Numbered from the stretch's first letter, positions 1 through 9,999 are shown. The stretch: DNA of 64,000 nt from Balanoglossus misakiensis (GCA_040954595.2 CM082598.2:8633097-8697096); one strand, 5' to 3'. Numbers and translations: made by a program. Notes: generated from the letters alone by a model not told the origin.

Positions 1-842
1 CAAATTAGATCTAAAAAAGAAGTTTTGGTAAAAATCTTCTTTTCCACAACTACATGTACAAGCAACCAGTCAAAATACGGACATCACGAAAATGCGTCGC
101 GTTATCGACCCAAATTCGTGTAATAACCCCTTTTTCATACATGCCTACCTATAAAACAGTATGAATTGCGAAAATGAGCCAAAACAATTTCATGGCCAGA
201 AATTCGAACCGGGCGCCTTGAGATCACGGCAGCCATAGCCAAGGCGATGCGATCAGGTGATCAACGTGTATGCTGTATTATTAATCTGAGGGGGTTGCAA
301 TTGGCAGCTTTCATTACAATGGGCACATCCACATTCTAAATAAAATTGTCTACGTTCTCTTCCAAATATCATGTTAACAATTATTTCGCATTGAGAATTC
401 CGAAGAAGTAAAAATGATACAATCAACATGACAAAACTGCCAGCTTAGAAAACTTTATTACAGCTTTTAATAACCGAATTTTACAACACCCCTCTCCACT
501 AGAGTCCTATGCCCCGTGTCGCGAACTGTCGTGCCGATCACTGAGTCAACGCTGTGTGATGATTTCAGCGTGTTCTCAAAAATAGTTCGAGACGCGGACG
601 CGGTATTTCACTCGGTGAAATACCGTAAAATATCTTCGGGGCGAGAACAATAGAAAGTACAATGTACAAAGAACAATGCACACATGTACATTGCAAATGG
701 ACATACTCAAACTCATGATATTGTGTATATTGAAATGAATTAAACAGTTTAAACTCATTGCACCACTGGGGTTTAAAATGATAGGGTTACTTTTAATGCG
801 GGGGAAACTAAGAAGAGGATGGTAATTAGAGGTCTGGTTTAA

Positions 843-1017
843 AGGTATACAGTCACCTCCAATTTACATACGCCCATATATGGCTGAAATGGCATATATC
901 ATATTCTAAAGAACATATGGTGGCTCTCTTTTTTTGCATGTGCCACCGACTGAAAAGTGATTGGGTAGATCTCGATTTGCCATGGTAACAATAGCTAATT
1001 TTCTACAGGTGATCATA
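843..1017 (-). mobile_element. TTAA-flanked MITE, Kolobok/T2-like, copy 1 (right TIR partly deleted)
   Basis: TTAA at 839-842 is followed by AGGTATACAGTCACCT. The element ends AGGTGATCATA, then TTAA at 1018-1021. The whole length aligns by eye with the reverse complement of 3902-4086. Strand is given relative to that copy. Confidence 0.8.
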
Positions 1018-2979
1018 TTAAACTCTGTTTTCTTGAATTTATCTGAACCTGTAATTTGTAAAGAATAAAATCTAGCGGCAATTCAATAGATTTTAAAAGT
1101 TTTGAAGCTGGTAGATTTTAAGCTACAGGGACTAAGCAAGACTAGTTTAAATATCCCCCCCCCCCCAAAAAAAAATACCCAAAGTAATATAAGATTTTAG
1201 TGGTTTTGTGTCCTTCCAATATAAAAGCAGGAAGTGTGATGACATCGTGCTGTTGGAATTGTAACATTTTTCAACCCACCTCTTTTTGTTCTTGTCAATT
1301 TTCTGCAAAATAGTTGCAGGTAGCAAAGATATAAAAAAAATAGTGGGAAAATAAACTTTATTGCTGTTTTTTTATATTTAATCTCTGCTACTGTTGCTGT
1401 GAGATTTGTAATGAAAGATGCTTGTTTTAATGAAGTCATTGTGCAGGAAGGGATGTTGATGTGTCATACCTTCATAAGAATCTTGCCTGACTTCAGCCAT
1501 TACTCAAACTTCCATTAGCCAGTGAATACTGAGCAACACCTATGTGATGAAAAGAAAGATTAATTAAACCTTAGAAAAGAATATGCTTTGCCATTTATAA
1601 TCCTAATTAGTATAATTTAAATTCAATTTAAAAAATTGGAGTGCACTTTGTCAGTAACGGTAGCGATAGTGCTCTTTAGTCTACTCAAAATAGAAAATAT
1701 AATTTTTCTGATTTTATATAACTTGTACATCAATGAATTTTAAATTGAAAAATAAAGAGCTTGATCCCAAACAACAATTTTCACTTCTTGGGTCTATAAG
1801 CTAAGCAAGAAATATTCATGTTTGGTACAATCCTTTTTATAGATAGTAATTTTGAATTCTGTATTATCGAATTGTTTTGGAATTTCAATGGTCATTAAAA
1901 AGTTATTTTTTTATTTTGATTGCCACCTCTATTCCCTTGACAAATAACATCCGAGGAGAGGGATATTGTTTCATTCCTGGCCAAACTAAAATAAAGAGTT
2001 ACAAATATATTTTCCCACCAACGACAGTCGGTCTTAAACGAAAGGCAGATAATTGTAAAATTACCCGACAGAGGTCGTTCTTCCGTATCGCGGCTGAGCG
2101 TAGGGCTGGAGCTCAGACGGTATGGGCTGGGGTTGTATGAAGCCAAATAATCCACTCTTAACTCGGGTATATACATCCAGCCTGCCTAGGTTATTTGCTG
2201 AATTATTTCTGTTGATAAACGAAAGAGAATGACACTCCCAGTGCACTGAGATCTACTTGAGAATACATTCTGTACAATAACATCCCAGGTTGCCTTCGTA
2301 ATGGAATAATAGGCCGATCTAGTGAATTATTCAAAGAAACATTAATTTTTGGGCATATGATAAATAAATGATGTACAGATAAACAAACTGTTTTGTTGAA
2401 GAAAATCGTAAACAAGATCGTTTACAGCTCAGGATGATCATAGCCCCACATCACTGTATTATCGCAGGGAAGACCTTCATGGGGGATTGGTTATAGATAT
2501 TTACAATTGAGATTCTTAAATAATATAATGTGCCAACCATGTTAATTTGTGAAGTTTGCTTGGCTTGATAACTATGCAGAGGGTGTCACGTGTGACGCAC
2601 TGTGAGACCGCCGTCTTCGGACTTTGGTACTGTGCCATGGAAAAATTCACGTGCTGATCCAGGGTTGCTGCACAAGTTATTGAAAAAAATCAGTGATTAA
2701 ACTTGGTTTACTGTAATACAATCTATGGTTTTAGTATGGAAAAGTTAAGCGGCTAAACCAGATTTACTACACAAGCTTTTGTTTTATTATGGTCTAAATT
2801 CAGCGACTAAACCAGTCACATACTTTCTAATATTGTCTACACAAGCTATGATTAAATGGCGAGGCTTGTAAACTGAAAAGATATAGCCATTGTACCACCT
2901 CGTGTCCGTTTTTATCATGATGTTAAACTCTGGAATAAACTTCTGTAGTGACATTTTCCAGAATAATTTGTAAACCTAT

Positions 2980-3515
2980 GAAAATCTGGCAGGCTGCATT
3001 GCCTGGTGTACTGCACATGCGCAGTTCGTCTTGAAAGAAAAGTCTAAAGGAAATAACTTATAAATCATGTTTATTCGGGAAAATAAAGCCCAAAATTATT
3101 GTTTGTGAACAAAAATACCAGTAGTGAGAACGTCATATTTATTTATTTTTGACTTTAGGTATATATTTGGCGAAATTATCAGAGTAATCTTACTACTTAT
3201 TAATAGAATTTTTGATAAATGCATATTTTCAGCCTCAGTATCGTTGCCATAGAAAGCTGTCATAGAAATGAACATGATATCAGTTCATTTTGACCAAATA
3301 ACCTTAGTAGTGAAATTTTCATTTCAATCTAAGCTACTTCTGTTTGATTTGAAAAAAAGCACTTGCCAAAATCGTTGCCATATAAACACCTGTCATCAAA
3401 ACGGACATCGTTTTTGATGTATTTGTGCAAAGATACACCTTTGGTGAAATTTTCGTGGAAATCGGACCTGTTATTTTTATAATCATTATTTTTATGTAAT
3501 TCTTTATTTAATTAT
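2980..3515 (+). repeat. Dispersed repeat (degenerate non-autonomous DNA-transposon-like sequence with ~130-bp internal subrepeats), copy 1, uninterrupted
   Basis: Shares collinear blocks with 5926-6463: CAGGCTGCATTGCC, CTGCACATGCGCAGTT, GAAAATAAAGCCCAAA, ATATTTGGCGAAATT, TTACTACTTATTAATA, GTTGCCATAGAAA and GGTGAAATTTTCGTGGAAA. Internal CGTTGCCATA recurs at 3242 and 3373. Ends are approximate. Confidence 0.75.
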
Positions 3516-3901
3516 TTAACGGTTATCACTATTTAAAACCTTGTTACCCAGTGAGTCTGGTGGCGTGTGTACGACAGATGTAAGGTACAAAACTTCGCTC
3601 GAAACCCAACGCGAGTTAGAGCTCGAGTTTATTTACGTACAACATAGTAGCAATTTTTCGTATGTATGCGCGCGCTCTAAAAATCACGCGTCAACTGAGT
3701 GGAACAGCGTTAAAATGCGGGTTGCGGGTTGCCGATTGCGGGTTGTAAAATATGGTTGTGTTTTGATGAAAGAATGATAATATTATATGTCAAAAGAAAC
3801 AATCAAATTATTGCTTCCCAGATGTTCACTTTGCGCCACAACTCCAGCAGCAGACTTCGACCCTCACACTCACTACTGTGTGCGATGTCTCATTAGCTTA
3901 A

Positions 3902-4086
3902 AGGTATACGGTCACCTTAGGAAATTAGCTACAGTTACCACGGTAAACTTGAGATCTAGCCAATCACAGATTTTCAGTGGGTGGCACACGCCAAAAAAAG
4001 AGCGCCGCCATATGTTATTTAGAACGCTAAAATACGCCATATCAGACAAATATGGGCGTATGTGAATTGGAGGTGACTGTATGCCT
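3902..4086 (+). mobile_element. TTAA-flanked MITE, Kolobok/T2-like, copy 2 (intact, 185 bp)
   Basis: TTAA at 3898-3901 and 4087-4090. 16-bp TIRs AGGTATACGGTCACCT / AGGTGACTGTATGCCT (2 mismatches). AGG termini with a TTAA target fit Kolobok/T2 MITEs better than piggyBac (CCY termini). Confidence 0.85.
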
Positions 4087-4202
4087 TTAATCCCAGTCAC
4101 TTTCCAGCAGGTAGTACTCCTTGAAAAATCGACTGAAATACGTTAACTGCCTAATGAGTTTTCACGACCAGAAATAATCAGAGTTCAGGCTTGTATAGGT
4201 CG

Positions 4203-4465
4203 TTTTATTAGGTCCCATTGGTTTTTACCATGGGACCTTATGGGATCGGTTGCGTCTGTATGTATGGATGGATGTATGGATGGATGGACGTCCACATCAA
4301 AAACTTGAAAATCGCTGCGCGTATAACCTCGATATTTGGTGTGCAGATGCAGGCTGGGCTGTAGATGGGAATTTGTTCAAATGAAGTTGTCATTGCCAAA
4401 AATATGCAAATTAGCTGGAAAAAATGGGAATTTGGTCAAAACTCAGTAACTCAAAAACTACTTTG
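4203..4465 (+). mobile_element. 5' fragment of a Helentron-associated (HINE/DINE-1/Pearl-like) non-autonomous element
   Basis: Starts at a T-run (TTTTATT). Then comes a hairpin AGGTCCCATTGGT-TTTT-ACCATGGGACCT (4210-4238), a tetranucleotide microsatellite (4257-4288) and an AT-rich core-like segment. This order matches HINE 5' modules. No 3' subTIR was found, and the right end is approximate. Confidence 0.55.
4257..4288 (+). repeat. Compound microsatellite (TGTA/TGGA)8
   Basis: Reads TGTA TGTA TGGA TGGA TGTA TGGA TGGA TGGA directly. Confidence 0.95.
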
Positions 4466-5925
4466 CAAAGTGGTGTGTATTTACTTTATTGAGTTGTTAT
4501 AATTAGGCAGGAACTCCCTCCTGTGTTTCATATAAACACAGCAAATTTCTGAATGATTGCATAACTGGCTAAGTTTTATAGAGGCCAGCTGTTCTATTTA
4601 GTGTATGTACAGTACATATGCTATTGGCAGCTGATGGGTCAGTCAGTGTTTGCCCATTGATCTCTCTCTATGTGTGTGTCTGTCTGTATATGGCCATGTA
4701 CTCCGGTGTAGACGTTTTCTTTTGTTTTCTGTTGCCGTTCAAATGTTCCTACACAAGTCAGGTCGTTGCAACTGCAGGATTAGAGTGGGGTTGGCCCACA
4801 GCTAGCTGTCCGTGGGAGTAATCAGCCCCCTCCTCCCCAACGGTACAGCTGCGTTAGGGCAATCACAGAACAACGTAAGTATACAAATAAAAAAGTGTGA
4901 AATATGATGTGTCGAAGTGTATTTACCTAGGTAAAAGGCTATAAAACTGTACAAAATTTTGTTCTGATCCATGGTTAGTACCACGGTTACGGTACTGCAT
5001 GCATGTTGCTCCGATCATATCAGCATTATGTAACAGTTTTCAGTGAACACATTGCAACAATGTAAGGTCGTTTGATTTTATTTTATTCATTGCTAGCCCG
5101 CAACCCGCACATTAGTTACTATCAACTGAGTGTGAATGAGCTGTTTCACGTCGTGTCGTCTGCCTAGTTTTCGTGGCTAAAACAACAGGAATAATACCCC
5201 ACTTGGCTTTAGAATTGCACATATCGTGAGATTTGTGCGCCATAGAAACCGCAGATATCGTGGAACAGAAAGGTTAGTGTTCAAATCATTGTTTTTAATC
5301 GAAATATTGACCTCTGAGTTATGCTAGTTTGTGTCGGTGCCAAACGGGCGCGATGTTTACACGGCAGCCAAATAGAATTGGAGAAATGAAGGAATGTTAT
5401 CACGATACTTTGGATTTCGTGTTATTATTTCTCGGGAATTTTATTGTTTTCTCAGACGAGTTGACAGGACAGACACACGAGGCATCTCGCGGTTCCATTT
5501 TCAATGTTGAATTTTATATTTTCACTGCATTTGCGTGTCAGCTGAAGGGTCTTCGCATTCATCAGAAGCTATCGTGCGTCGCTGAGATTTGATTCTTCAT
5601 AAACGAAAATTATTTCATAACCATACCAAATAAAACATTTCCAGAAATTATAAGTCTGTAGACTTTTCTGCTAGGTGACTATTTAGTGTTAAAGTCACGC
5701 TGAACTGCCAAATTTAACAAAGACTCGCCGGCAACATTCAAACAGTGTGTGTCCTCTGTATTTGCCTTCCTTCGATAACCATAAAACAACAACTAGACGG
5801 TAAACGTTTATGCAATGGACTAATGTTTTAAAACTGGTCGACATTAAGGAAGTATGCATGAACAATCGATGGTTTGGATTCCCCAACGATACTATTTTAT
5901 CTTGCGATTTTTTGTGGTGAAACTG

Positions 5926-6463
5926 TGAAAATGGACAGGCTGCATTGCCAGGTTTTCTGCACATGCGCAGTTGCTCTGTCTTGCAAAAAAAGTCATTTCA
6001 CCAACTTATAAATGTGCATTCTGAAAATAAAGCCCAAATGTATTCTTTATGACAAAAAAATGCTGCTAGTGTGATTTTTTTGTTCAAATCTAACCTATTA
6101 TTATTATTTAAATTGACTTGTGATACCCTCTCTTAGCATAGTTGTCATTGCAATGGACTGTTTTTAAGATTTAGGAAAATGTATAATTTTAGCCCCCAAA
6201 CGAGTGACAGCAAAACGTGTGTTTTCAAAACGAACATCATAATTTGTCTTTTACCGTAGGTACATATTTGGCGAAATTTCGGAGTGATTTTACTACTTAT
6301 TAATAACATTTCGTAAAATAAAGCATAATTTCAGCCCCAAAATGGTTGCCATAGAAACATGTGATCACAAAACGGATATCATGTTTGTTCTTTTTGAGCC
6401 GAGATACTTCCATGGTGAAATTTTCGTGGAAAATTTGACCTATTATTATTCAAATTATTATTT
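5926..6463 (+). repeat. Dispersed repeat, copy 2, left part (interrupted by the 977-bp dimer; resumes at 8419)
   Basis: Collinear similarity to 2980-3490. It ends ...CAAATTATTATTT, and the continuation TTATATAATTCTTTATTTAA at 8419-8438 matches TTATGTAATTCTTTATTTAA in copy 1. Confidence 0.75.
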
Positions 6464-7440
6464 AGAGAATAATAAACGCCCCAAAGACCCATAATGGACT
6501 CAAGCACACATTGTGCGTCATAATATACGAGGCGAAGCCAAGTATATTATGGAGCACAATGTGTGCTTGAGTCCATTATGGGTCTTTGGGGCGTTCATTA
6601 TTCTCATTATTTTATAGTTTTGTCAATGCCAGTGAATTTGCAGACTTCAAAAAGTATAGGTGCGAACAATTTAGACTCGGACACGGAGTCGAGAACAGAG
6701 CAATGGCGTACGCGTAAACAAAAGGTCACCTGATCGTGGTGTGTCAGTGTACTGTACATTTCTAGTATCATATTCAAACATCAGGAAATAAATAATGAAG
6801 GTTTATTTACGCATGTGAAAATTCATTTAAGGGTTCTGCTGAAATATATCTGAAAAAGTTTCCATTTTTGTGTTATCTTGGGGAGGACTCGGGGAATATT
6901 TGAATTCGTTTGCGTTCTCAGGAAAGTTCACGTATACGGGTGCTCGAAAGGTTGCAATACATAAAAAACTCGCCCTCGATCGACCCTCCGTACTTGCGGG
7001 ATATTTTTTTACGTATAGCTTCGTTGACATGACTGCTTGGTACATGGTACACGGTATGTATGGTGAACGAATGTCAAATCCAGCATCATGGAGAGGTTTG
7101 CTTTACGTGCGTGAGCGAGCCATGTTGACTGCGCGTGATTCAAGAGCGGACGACATGTACTGCAGCCATAGGAAGAAAAAATAAACAAAACGCCAGTCGA
7201 GGACAGATTTGGAAATTAATAAATATCGCCGTATTTATTCTGTGTACGTTTGCATTTCTTTTTTAGCCCTTAAAATGTTCGCATTGTTTGAAATCCTCCA
7301 TTATTCAGTCGGAAATTGTACACGTCCACTGGTTCTTGGGCGCGTCGCGCGTCCATCGAATAACACGATACATTATCAGTAATAATGTATAGCTATGACG
7401 TCACAAAATTCACTGGTATTGATAAAGCTATAATATAATT
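6464..7440. mobile_element. 977-bp non-autonomous element with terminal hairpin and split inverted repeats (A-A'-B...B'), unit 1 of tandem dimer
   Basis: Near-identical to 7441-8418. Arms A 6465-6528 and A' 6542-6605; B 6606-6649 and B' 7396-7439. Boundaries are independently fixed by the paralogous empty site near 3485-3500. Confidence 0.85.
6465..6605. repeat. Long palindrome/hairpin: 64-bp arms, 13-nt spacer containing a GGC-GAA-GCC mini-hairpin
   Basis: GAGAATAATAAACGCCCC...CATAATATAC versus GTATATTATG...GGGGCGTTCATTATTCTC, with 3 mismatches in 64 bp. Confidence 0.95.
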
Positions 7441-7626
7441 AGAGAATAATAAACGCCCCAAAGACCCATAATGGACTCAAGCACACATTGTGCGTCATAA
7501 TATACGAGGCGAAGCCAAGTATATTATGGAGCACAATGTGTGCTTGAGTCCATTATGGGTCTTTGGGGCGTTCATTATTCTCATTATTTTATAGTTTTGT
7601 CAATGCCAGTGAATTTGCAGACTTCA
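7396..7626. repeat. Extended palindrome across the dimer junction (B'A-loop-A'B, ~108-bp arms)
   Basis: B' of unit 1 (7396-7439) plus A of unit 2 (7442-7505) is the inverted complement of A' (7519-7582) plus B (7583-7626), apart from a 2-nt offset at the junction. Confidence 0.9.
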
Positions 7627-8418
7627 AAAAGTATAGGTGCGAACAATTTAGACTCGGACACGGAGTCGAGAACAGAGCAATGGCGTACGCGTAAACAAAA
7701 GGTCACCTGATCGTGGTGTGTCAGTGTACTGTACATTTCTAGTATCATATTCAAACATCAGGAAATAAATAATGAAGGTTTATTTACGCATGTGAAAATT
7801 CATTTAAGGGTTCTGCTGAAATATATCTGAAAAAGTTTCCATTTTTGTGTTATCTTGGGGAGGACTCGGGGAATATTTGAATTCGTTTGCGTTCTCAGGA
7901 AAGTTCACGTATACGGGTGCTCGAAAGGTTGCAATACATAAACAAACTCGCCCTCGATCGACCCTCCGTACTTGCGGGATATTTTTTTACGTATAGCTTC
8001 GTTGACATGACTGCTTGGTACATGGTACACGGTATGTATGGTGAACGAATGTCAAATCCAGCATCATGGAGAGGTTTGCTTTACGTGCGTGAGCGAGCCA
8101 TGTTGACTGCGCGTGATTCAAGAGCGGACGACATGTACTGCAGCCATAGGAAGAAAAAATAAACAAAACGCCAGTCGAGGACAGATTTGGAAATTAATAA
8201 ATATCGCCGTATTTATTCTGTGTACGTTTGCATTTCTTTTTTAGCCCTTAAAATGTTCGCATTGTTTGAAATCCTCCATTATTCAGTCGGAAATTGTACA
8301 CGTCCACTGGTTCTTGGGCGCGTCGCGCGTCCATCGAATAACACGATACATTATCAGTAATAATGTATAGCTATGACGTCACAAAATTCACTGGTATTGA
8401 TAAAGCTATAATATAATT
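7441..8418. mobile_element. 978-bp unit 2 of the tandem dimer
   Basis: Head-to-tail copy of 6464-7440. The only difference I spotted is a 1-bp C insertion (ATAAACAAACT near 7943 versus ATAAAAAACT near 6961). Confidence 0.85.
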
Positions 8419-8839
8419 TTATATAATTCTTTATTTAATAACTTCTTCTGAGTTTGGAGTATTTGATAGGTAAACCCTGGAGTTATTCGTTCTAATGTTA
8501 CATTTTTGGGAAAATTATTTATTTTTCGTATTTTCATCATGCGATGTCATTGTCATATGAACAAAAACACATGATATTGTCTGTTATTTGGGAGCGTGCA
8601 TAAACACTGAGTATACCACCATCGTCGAACCAAGTCAGCGTCTGGTGTCTGCGAGGTAATGAAGCATTCTGCACATGTGGTTGTACGGCTCACACGACTG
8701 CTGCGCAAGCGTATATCAGAGAGCTGAAAATAGTTTTGCCACATTGTTTTGCTTGATTATGTATTTACAAACCATACAAATCTACTGATATTCTTATTTT
8801 AGGAGCTAAAATTTACATTGTAATTACATGTGCCAGACA

Positions 8840-9029
8840 GAAAAGCCATAATCTATTTTTGGGGAACGCTTTCAGTTCTGTTCATAAATACACTTCGAAA
8901 AAATGCCGCCATATGGTCAATGAAAAATAAGGTTGCACTTACCTCCACACCCCCTTGCTTCCGCCCTCTACCCTCCCCTATAATCCAACTCAACGAAAGT
9001 ACAAGCAATTTGGAAATCGACATGACACA
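8840..9029 (+). repeat. Degenerate direct repeat, copy 1
   Basis: Shares GCCATAA, TTCAGTTCTGT, GCCGCCATATGG.CAATGAAAAATAAGGTT, a C-rich tract and TACAAGC.ATT.G.AAATCGACAT.ACACA with 9772-9999. Confidence 0.8.
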
Positions 9030-9771
9030 ACTGAAGCAAAAGTATACAATCTGCGCTTGCATTTGAGCATCATCGTAGTTGTGAAACAAGTTCACAAAAC
9101 TGAAGTTCGGGTAGTCTGCTAAATGCTTTCATTGCTATTTTGAAAATAAACTTATAGAAAAACCTCGGAAATTTTGATTCAATTTGTTATTCTTGGCTGT
9201 TAGAGAAAGACCACACCGGTACAATTGGAAATGACCGTATGTTTGCTAAATGTATGAAAATGGGCTTGACTTACAAGAAACGGATTAAACTTTTTAAAAT
9301 TTCTCATAATTACAAATGCACCATGTGTAAATCAGGCAATATATTTTAGTGGATTACTTCATTATTGAGATTGTTGTTGAGTATCAGTGTATTCCTCAAA
9401 AACGAAGACCATCGCCAATCAATTTCCGAGAACTAACGAAATCAAAGAAACTATATACGGAGACGTGATAAAAGACAATTATCAGAAACAGTAATATCAC
9501 TTTGCTTGGGTGTTAATATCTGATGTGTGATTAGGCCTCGACAGACGCCATAATTATACAATATGGCCGGCAATCATATGCATTCGTGAAAAATTCACAA
9601 ACATGTTTGCTCATTAACTCTTCGCTTTCAAATGTGTTTCAAAATATTGCTATTTTAAAATCTTATTTATTTTAATCGCCATATAATAACGTCCTTCCCA
9701 AAATATCAAAGAGTTGAGGGTCGGAGCAAACCCCAGACTCATTTTTTTATTTTTGTTTTCTTATTACAAAA

Positions 9772-9999
9772 GAAAAAGGCCATAAACTATTTACGCAGCG
9801 CATTCAGTTCTGTATGTTCAGAAATAAACTTTAAATAACCGCCGCCATATGGCCAATGAAAAATAAGGTTAACATATTACATCCTCCCTACGCTCCTCTC
9901 CCCTCCATTCCTCTCCCCTCCCCTCAGCCCACTACCCTCCCTTATTTTACCACTTTAACACACATAAACTACAAGCTATTGGCAAATCGACATCACACA
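9772..9999 (+). repeat. Degenerate direct repeat, copy 2, ending at the satellite boundary
   Basis: Similarity to 8840-9029 continues up to ...AAATCGACATCACACA (9999). The satellite starts immediately afterwards. Confidence 0.8.

Larger units (their letters stand above)
3702..5123. mobile_element. Non-autonomous TIR element with 9-bp TSD (Mutator-like), 1,422 bp
   Basis: Direct repeat AACTGAGTG at 3693-3701 and 5124-5132. Termini are GA...TC. TGCGGGTTGCGGG (3716-3728) and its reverse complement CCCGCAACCCGCA (5097-5109) each lie exactly 14 bp inside the ends. No transposase ORF. Confidence 0.65.

Noticed and set aside
190-250. Minus-strand B-box-like CCCGGTTCGAATTT suggesting a tRNA or SINE head
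   Set aside because: There is no convincing A box, acceptor stem or cloverleaf, and no tail or TSD. At most it is a degraded SINE remnant.
1155-1175. C12 followed by A9 homopolymer
   Set aside because: Simple low-complexity tract with no associated structure.
2061-2170. TACCCGA...TCGGGTA inverted pair
   Set aside because: The match is only 7 bp and has no supporting TSD, which is compatible with chance.
2691-2850. Recurring motifs GCG(G/A)CTAAACCAG and CTACACAAGCT at ~55-70-bp spacing
   Set aside because: Only two to three very degenerate units with irregular spacing, too weak to define an element.
843-4086. Composite transposon bounded by the two inverted MITE copies
   Set aside because: Each MITE has its own TTAA on both sides, the copies are diverged, and copy 2 is nested inside a separate TSD-flanked element.
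576-5964. Short ORFs (60-93 aa) in the left arm
   Set aside because: No recognisable domains, lengths are as expected by chance, and several cross repeat boundaries.
6827-8162. ORFs of 72-104 aa inside the 977-bp units
   Set aside because: No recognisable recombinase, Rep, helicase or transposase motifs. The plus-strand ORFs use non-ATG starts, and the 1-bp insertion in unit 2 changes the frame.
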